Origin: the human T2T-CHM13v2.0 reference genome, Homo sapiens
NCBI RefSeq assembly: GCF_009914755.1
Contig: NC_060931.1
Length of the DNA stretch: 64,000 nucleotides
Reading direction: 5' to 3' (one strand)
Below are positions 56,901 through 64,000 of the stretch, in pieces (the first letter of the stretch is position 1; each line of letters opens with the position of its first letter). The translations under genes and the position numbers were made by a program. The notes under the pieces were generated by a model. The model worked only from the letters and a program-made list of their open reading frames with translations. It was not told the origin of the DNA and did not search any database.

Positions 56901-59325
56901 GAAAAAAATAGAAAACTTGAATAGACCTTCAAGAAATAACTTAAAACTAATTCATACATGCTTCTCCAAATGAACAAACAAAAAACTTAAAAGCAAAACT
57001 AGACTCAATGTCAAATATTCCAGGAATAGATTATTGACATTTTATTAAAAATCCCTTAAGGAAAAAAACACATTAATTATATCCATCTTCTTTTAGGAGT
57101 TTGATATACATTAGATACTGAAAACATGAAAGTGCACCTTGTTATTTGTGTTTACAAAACCTGTGTAGTATTCGTTATGTGCTAGGCATTATTCTAAACA
57201 CTTACTGACTCATTTAATCCTTCTAACAACCAATTGAAGTAGGTACTCCTCCTGTTCCCATTTTGCGTATAAGAAGTTGAAGGAACGGAAAATTTTAGTA
57301 ATTTTTCTGAGATAACAATGACAGTAATTGGTAGTGAATGAACTTGAATGCAAACAACCTGACTCTAGAATCCATGCTTTAAAGCATTAAACTGTGCTGC
57401 TTTCAAATAGAAATTAACTACAGGGCAATTTCACTTACTAGTACATGTACAAATAACTTTAAATTATACTATGTAACCAAATCTAATAATGTCTCAAAAG
57501 GAAACACTTTATGATTGAGATAGTCATATTCTAGTATTTCAAGAATTATTTAATATTTGAAAATTATTAATGTAATACACAAAGTATCATTAAATGAGAA
57601 AGCAATATGTTCATCTTTTCATATGTGGAAAATACTTTTACATAATTCAGCATTTATTCATAATTACAAAAAATCTCAGCAAATACTGGGAAAAAATGTC
57701 TCCTAAAATCTCAGCAAACTTGATGAAATAAGTGTTTTCTTTTAAATCAGAGAAATGACAAGGATGCCTGCTGTAGCCATTTTTATTCAACATTATGCTC
57801 AAATTCCTAACCAGTGATATAATATAATAAAAATAATAAAAGCTATTAAGATTTGGAAAGTAAGAAACAAAATTGTCAATATGCTCACTCAATGTGTTTG
57901 TATACTTTGAAAATTCAAGAGAAAAATATTTGAAATTGATAAGTGCATTCAGCAAGATAGCTATATATAAGATCATAAGTCTATTCCTATACACAACAAA
58001 ACAAGATGATATAAAAACAATGAAAACTATAAAGCATTCAGTAATAAATATAAAGAAAGTGTGTATGATGTTTAGGATAAGTTATAAAATTTTACTGAAA
58101 AGCATTAAAGAGTTAAGTACAGAAATATTTCATGTCCATGGCTGGAAAGTCTTAATGATACATATAGAATAATACCATCCTAATTTATATATTAATTTAA
58201 TGAGTAGAAATCAAAATTCTGTCTTAATTTTTATGGAATTTGCAAGTTGTTTATACCAATTGTAAGGTAATTGAAAGGGCCAAGAATTATTGAAAAAATT
58301 TAAGAAAAAGAATATGTTGGTGGGTATTTTCCACTCAGATGTCAAAAATAACTTATGCTATTTGTTTAGAAAGATAGATAAGTGTACTAATGGAAGAGAA
58401 CAGGCAAAATAAAAAAAATTGTACACATATTAAGCCGTGCTTTATGTTAGATACAGCACTATAGATCAATGAGGGAAATAATTGATTTATACACAGATAA
58501 TGATGATGAAATTAGTTACCCACATGAAACAAATAAAAAATATATTTACCTCTTACCATGCCACAAAACCAATTCTAGAGGGGATGAAAATCTAATCAGC
58601 CACAATGTATACATATTTCAAAACATCATGTTGTATACCATATATCTATATAATTTTATTGTCAATTAAAAACTTAATTTGTCAATTAAAAAACTTAATT
58701 TGTCAATTAAAAATTTACAAAAAAGAAAACATAATTAGAGCAAAATGTTACAATGGGGAATGTCTGATTTCCAAAAGACAATACTTAAAATAAGTAAAAT
58801 GGTAATACCCAAGGTCCACAGTCCAGGGGAAGTTAATTGCAGAATACACAAATGCCTAGCAGTAGTATTAGAATATCTAAATTAAAAAAACCTTGGCCAA
58901 GATTTAAATATAACATATAGAATAGTGCTGAATAGAAAACAGAAAATATTCTATCTACTTTTATATATATGTGTATGTATATATATACACATATAAAGAA
59001 GGTTATTAACATCAAAAGGAGGCACACAGAAGACTAAATGTATAGGTAATATCTTATTTCTTTTTTGAATTTTATTTTAATTGACAATAATTTTTATATA
59101 GTTCTGGGGTACAATGTGATGTTTTGATATATGTTTACAATGTGGAATGACTAAATCAGGCTAATTAACAATTCTATCACCTCACATACTTACCTTTTTT
59201 TTGGTGATGAAAACACCCAAAATATACTCTTTAAGCAGCTTTGAAATAAACAATGCATCATTATTTATTATAGCCAATATTCTGTGAAATAGATAACTAA
59301 AACTTATTCTTCCTATCTAACTGAA
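56900..59325. mobile_element. Old L1 (+) with MIR (-, about 57130-57400) and L1MA 3' fragments (58600-58720 +; 59060-59325 -)
   Basis: Degenerate ORF2 motifs; ggggtacaatgtgatgttttgatatatg. Triplicated ttgtcaattaaaaa at 58659-58713. Confidence 0.75.
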
Positions 59326-59764
59326 TTATTCCTTAAGTGACTGCTGAGAACATGGACCTCATGATATTTATATACCGTATATATTATTTCACTGAAATAT
59401 TTTATAAATTTTTTAATGTAGACAAAGGATACTGTGTGTTTAAAAATGCTGAATGACTTGCAGGTCACACTCTGTTTTGTTCAACTTTGTATCTCCAGAT
59501 CCTGACATGAAATATTTCTCAGATAATTTGTTCATATGAGATTGTGAAAGAGTAACAGTCATTTAAATTATGATAAAAAATTTAATTAAATTACTATAAA
59601 AGAAATTTATCTTAAGAAGAAAATAAAGAGGTGATAGGTGAAAGTAATATATATCCAAGGATAATATAAACATTTACAGAGAAGGATTGGGGTTCAGGAG
59701 ACCTCATTCCAAATCTGACCATATGACCATACACTAACTCACAGAGTAATTTTGGGCATGTTGT

Positions 59765-62180
59765 TTCTGGTGGATTAACATTTATCACAAATTCTTTGAC
59801 ATCCCTTTTACTCAGAAGTGGAGTTCCTTCTCCACCCCTGGTTCTGGGCTGGCCTTTGACTGATTTGTCCAGTGAAATATGGCAGAAATGACGCCCTCCC
59901 AGTTACTACCCTAGTCTTTAAGAGGACTGACAAGCTTCACCTTGGTCTCCGGAAGTCCTAAGCTAGCTACTATATAAGAAGTTCAGCTACCTAGCCAGAG
60001 AGAAGACATAGAGATCCCCTGAGACTACAGGGAGAGGGAGAAGGGCCAATTTGAGCCCAGCTTTCTAACTATCTCTGTAAAGGTGCAGGCATGTAATTGA
60101 AGCTGTGTTGGACCCCTCTACCCCAGCTCGAACATCAGCTAAATACCTCTGAGTAATCCCTAAGGATGGCATATAAAGCCAAATTGCCTAGCCAACTTGG
60201 CAGCTTGGACTGCTGTTTACTAATGGCTTTTTTCTTAAAGAATATATTTCACATTGTTTGAACATGACCACTTAAATGGGTTGTAATTCCTAGTCACAAC
60301 AGAAATTTATTCAACAGAAATGGTGTTTATGGAGCTACTTCTGTTCAGACTGGCTTTTTCTTGCCCGTAAAATCATGAGATATAAAAGTATAGTTTTTGT
60401 TTGAAGCCAGTATGTGTTTAGTAGTTTGTAAATGCAGCAATAGATAGCTGGAACTGAATTTATTACCTGGAAGTGGGATGCTGCTGTAACAAAAACCTAA
60501 AGCGTGTGGACCAGGCAGTAGGTAGATGCTTGGAGGACCTCAAGTAGACTGACAGTGAAAGCTTAGAAGTAGATGGGGCCCTGAGGGACAGTGAGGAAAG
60601 GGTATTTGATGGCCAGATTAAAGGTTATCCTTGTTATACAGTGGTGGAAGGTTTAGCAATGCTGTTACCTATAGTAATATGAACGATGGGAAATAACACC
60701 TAGTGGCTTAATGATCTAAGATGATTTCTATGCAGAATTTGTAAAGAGCCAACTTAGTTCTGGTGGCCTCTGATATATGTACTAAAGAAGGAACTGTTAA
60801 GTTTTCAAGTTAAATTTGGAGAAATACAATGTATTCAGAACAGTCTTTCTAGCCAGCAAAGAGTTATCAAAAGAAGAAATAGTCTCAGGTGAAAGATGAA
60901 ATCCAGAGCCATGAAACATGATATCAGGGAATAGATGTAAGGCTGTAACAAACTTTGCTAAGACTTCAGACCCTCTTCGCTGCATAATAGATTGGTGCTT
61001 TCAGAATCTCGGGAGTTTTCTACAGCTACATTGCAGACAACCCAACCAAAGCCTATCTCAGAAAAATATAGTTGTAAGACTTTTTTTCCTAATGAAATGA
61101 ACACCAATAAAGCTCAGAGTAAAGCCACAGAGTTTCTGTTCGTTTGTTTGTTTTTTAAACAATTGCATTGGCAGAAGCACCACTAGCTTAGATCAAAAGG
61201 GAGAGCAGTAGTTCAGAAGAAGTTGGAGTTTCCAACTTTCAGTGAGCAGGAAGCTGACTGATAGGGCTATTCAGGTATTGACATTGGCCATCTTTTTTTT
61301 TCAATGTAAGAGGGAAGATGATTCAGAAGGCAGAATATAGAGCCCAGATAATGAAGCCAAGATTGCAGAGAATCTGTCACAGGGAGCAGGACTGGGTTCT
61401 AACTAATGAATTAGGAATATTGTATGAATGGATTTCAGAATTTCTATAGCCTATTGATTGTTATATGCTTCCTCTTCCCTTCTTTTTGAAAATGCATGTT
61501 TATCACAGTTTTCTTATGCCCCCCTTTTTATTGTATTTTATGTGTGTGTGTTGGGGATGGGGAATATAACTTATGTCTTTAATTCAAAAATTTTGCATTA
61601 ACAGGAATCTTATTCAGGGAGTCTCATCCACATCTGACCTAATTTAGATAACGAGACACTGGATATCAAGTCAATTTTAAAATAAGATAAGACTTTGGGG
61701 GATCCTGTGAGGAGTTAAGGAGTTGCATGAGAAAATTGAATAATTTATGAACAGAGTGAGAACTATGGCATATTAAAAATGGCAAAAATTATTTGACACT
61801 CATTCCAATGAGTGGTTATGTTGGTTTCCCCACCATTTGAATCAGACTAGTAAATGACTACGTTGAATAATGAGTATGACTAATAATATTGCATATTCTG
61901 GGCCTATTCTTTAAAAGAACTGTCTTGATCTCTGGAAGTTCTGGGTTTCCATGCAATAGGTCCAGCTACCCTGCTGGAGAGAACCAACGAGAGACTTTGA
62001 GACTATGTAGGGAAGAAACGTACACCTGTTTTCAACCTTCCAACATTCCTGTCAAGTTACCAGGCATATGAGTATAGCTGTCTTAGAAAATGCCTGATTT
62101 CATGACCCACAAAACAGTTTGATACAAATCGTTATTAAACGACTACCTTTTGGGGTATTTTTACACCGCAACAGATAATT
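59765..62180 (+). mobile_element. Old MLT1 MaLR provirus: LTR, internal region, LTR
   Basis: Two similar LTRs (59765-60455 and 61765-62180) around internal sequence starting tacctggaagtggg. Confidence 0.7.
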
Positions 62181-62590
62181 AGATGGACAGATAGGTAGGT
62201 AGTCAGCTAGCTAGCAAGATAGATAAGCAACTTAGTATCAGAATCCTGTTAGTATAGCTGTAAAAATAGAGATGTTTCAATTACATTATTTCTGACCTAA
62301 ACACTCTAATTCATAAAGTTAAGAATTTACTCCAGTTTCTTCTGTCCATTTTGAAGCATTTTCTCAGGCATTTTGGTAAAATCTCTAGGCCAAATAATAG
62401 AGAACAGAATAAATAATTAAATCATTGCTAGGCATTAATTATGGCAAAGATATTTGGACAACTGCCTCTCAGTTTAAACCAGCTGAACTGTGACAATGCA
62501 CATGATTTTAAAAAGACCTTCATTGTAGTTCATGCTCTATTTTCTAAGAGAAAGGTGTCTGTCCCCTGACACTTCTTAAAATAATCACAG

Positions 62591-62692
62591 TGAAACAGAG
62601 ACTAAGCTCCTGGGATATATATTAATTACCCTGTAGTATAGGAGCTGAGATTCCCTGGAGATGAGGACAAATTGTGAAGGGTCAGTTTCAAA
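62591..62692 (+). pseudogene. Candidate fossil exon ETETKLLGYILITL*..., PH beta1-like
   Basis: Acceptor ataatcacag, donor AAA|gtaagt. 102 nt, phase 2-2. Confidence 0.35.
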
Positions 62693-63551
62693 GTAAGTAT
62701 TATGAGGTAGATTAGAAAACAACTGTTTTCTTAGAGAATAAATTTAGCATTATTTGGTCATTATTAATTAAACTTGTAAATGCTAATCATAAGCAAATTA
62801 GCCAACATATATGCTTTTAAGCGTGTAATTTCTGCTCACTTTTTTTCTGAGAAATTTTATTGTGGAATATCAATTATATATATATATTTCTCCACGAATT
62901 AGAGGGCGCAAGTTCAGCATACCAATTCTATGATGATTTATATGAGATTAACAGATGATTATCAAGGGCTTACTTTATGTTTTGGTACAGTGCTTGCTAG
63001 TGTCTATGATTGTCCATGAAATTCTGGGCAATATTTTAAGGTCTAAAAAAATTAACTCAAGCTTTATATTTTTATAAACTATAACTTCCTACTGTATTTA
63101 TAGATAGTAAAAGGGTTAAATGCACCATCGGTTTCTTCTCCTTGAAAATTCTGAACACCTGAAAGGTCAGCACAAAAATGGTAGCAAAACAGATACAAAA
63201 AATGCAAGATGTCAAATATAAACTTTAATTTCTGATCTGTGGAATCAAACACACTCACTGGGTCACAATTGTAAATTCAAGACTGTAAACAACTCATTGC
63301 ATTTTCTGATAACTGAAGTGACAAATTGCTAACTTGAACAAGCATCAATGTTGTTAGTCCAGATTTTGGCATTTGCACTTGAATAAAATTTTTCCTTTCA
63401 TTCAGTGTGAGCCCAAATGAAGCTCCTGTCTTTAAAGTTTATTTTTCCTTAAAATCTTCTTATTTAAATAAAACTTAAATAAAAACTTATCTACAATAAA
63501 CTGAAAAGTTAAAAAGCTGAGAGATGCTTGAAATATATATATGTTTGAAAT

Positions 63552-63553
<2 letters not shown>

Positions 63554-63592
<39 letters not shown>
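63554..63592. repeat. (CA)n microsatellite
   Basis: Direct reading. Confidence 0.97.
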
Positions 63593-63596
<4 letters not shown>

Positions 63597-64000
63597 AATA
63601 AGCTCTTCATGGAGCCACAAAGAGGCATCTATTTATTTATGATTTCTGGGTGTCTTTCATGATTTATTTTCAAACATGACTTACACTTGCACTCAGAAAT
63701 ATACTATTGTTTTCTTTCTAAAAGTATTAATTGGATTAAATAGAACATTAAATAGAACATTTTATATTTTCTATTGTAATTGCTTTTTGATTTTTATATA
63801 TAATTATCTACATAAATGAATATACTGAATTCTCCCTGATTAATATTTTTGAGTAGCTATTACTTCAAATAGTAAATAGGAATAGTGAAGAATGCAGTTA
63901 TGTGAAAGAAAAGATTCCATCACACATAGAGCTTTAAATAAATAGTTTTAAAGTTTATGTGTATATTGTATAAGTGCTTATGAATTTTATAGTTAAGGAT

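Overview
AT-rich, repeat-dense primate (probably human) genomic DNA. Evidence: AluJ/S/Y, L1PA/MA/MB/ME, L2, MIR, MaLR (THE1/MST, MLT1), ERV solo LTRs, Tigger/Charlie DNA transposons and microsatellites. I find no intact protein-coding gene, RNA gene or CpG island, and the long ORFs in the track come from repeats. The non-repetitive islands hold more than 20 short segments bounded by splice signals. Their hand translations look like decayed PH-domain modules, a degenerate RhoGAP domain and possibly an RA-like domain, broken by stops and frameshifts. This suggests the fossil of a large multi-exon gene (unprocessed or unitary pseudogene candidate, ARAP-like domain mix). The candidate exons are on + at 1.9-8.9 kb, on - at 16.2-41.7 kb and on + again at 43.6-62.7 kb. 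Splice phases match across both switches, which suggests a ~25-35 kb internal inversion. Domain calls and repeat subfamily names are by-eye pattern recognition and need HMM, tBLASTn and RepeatMasker confirmation.
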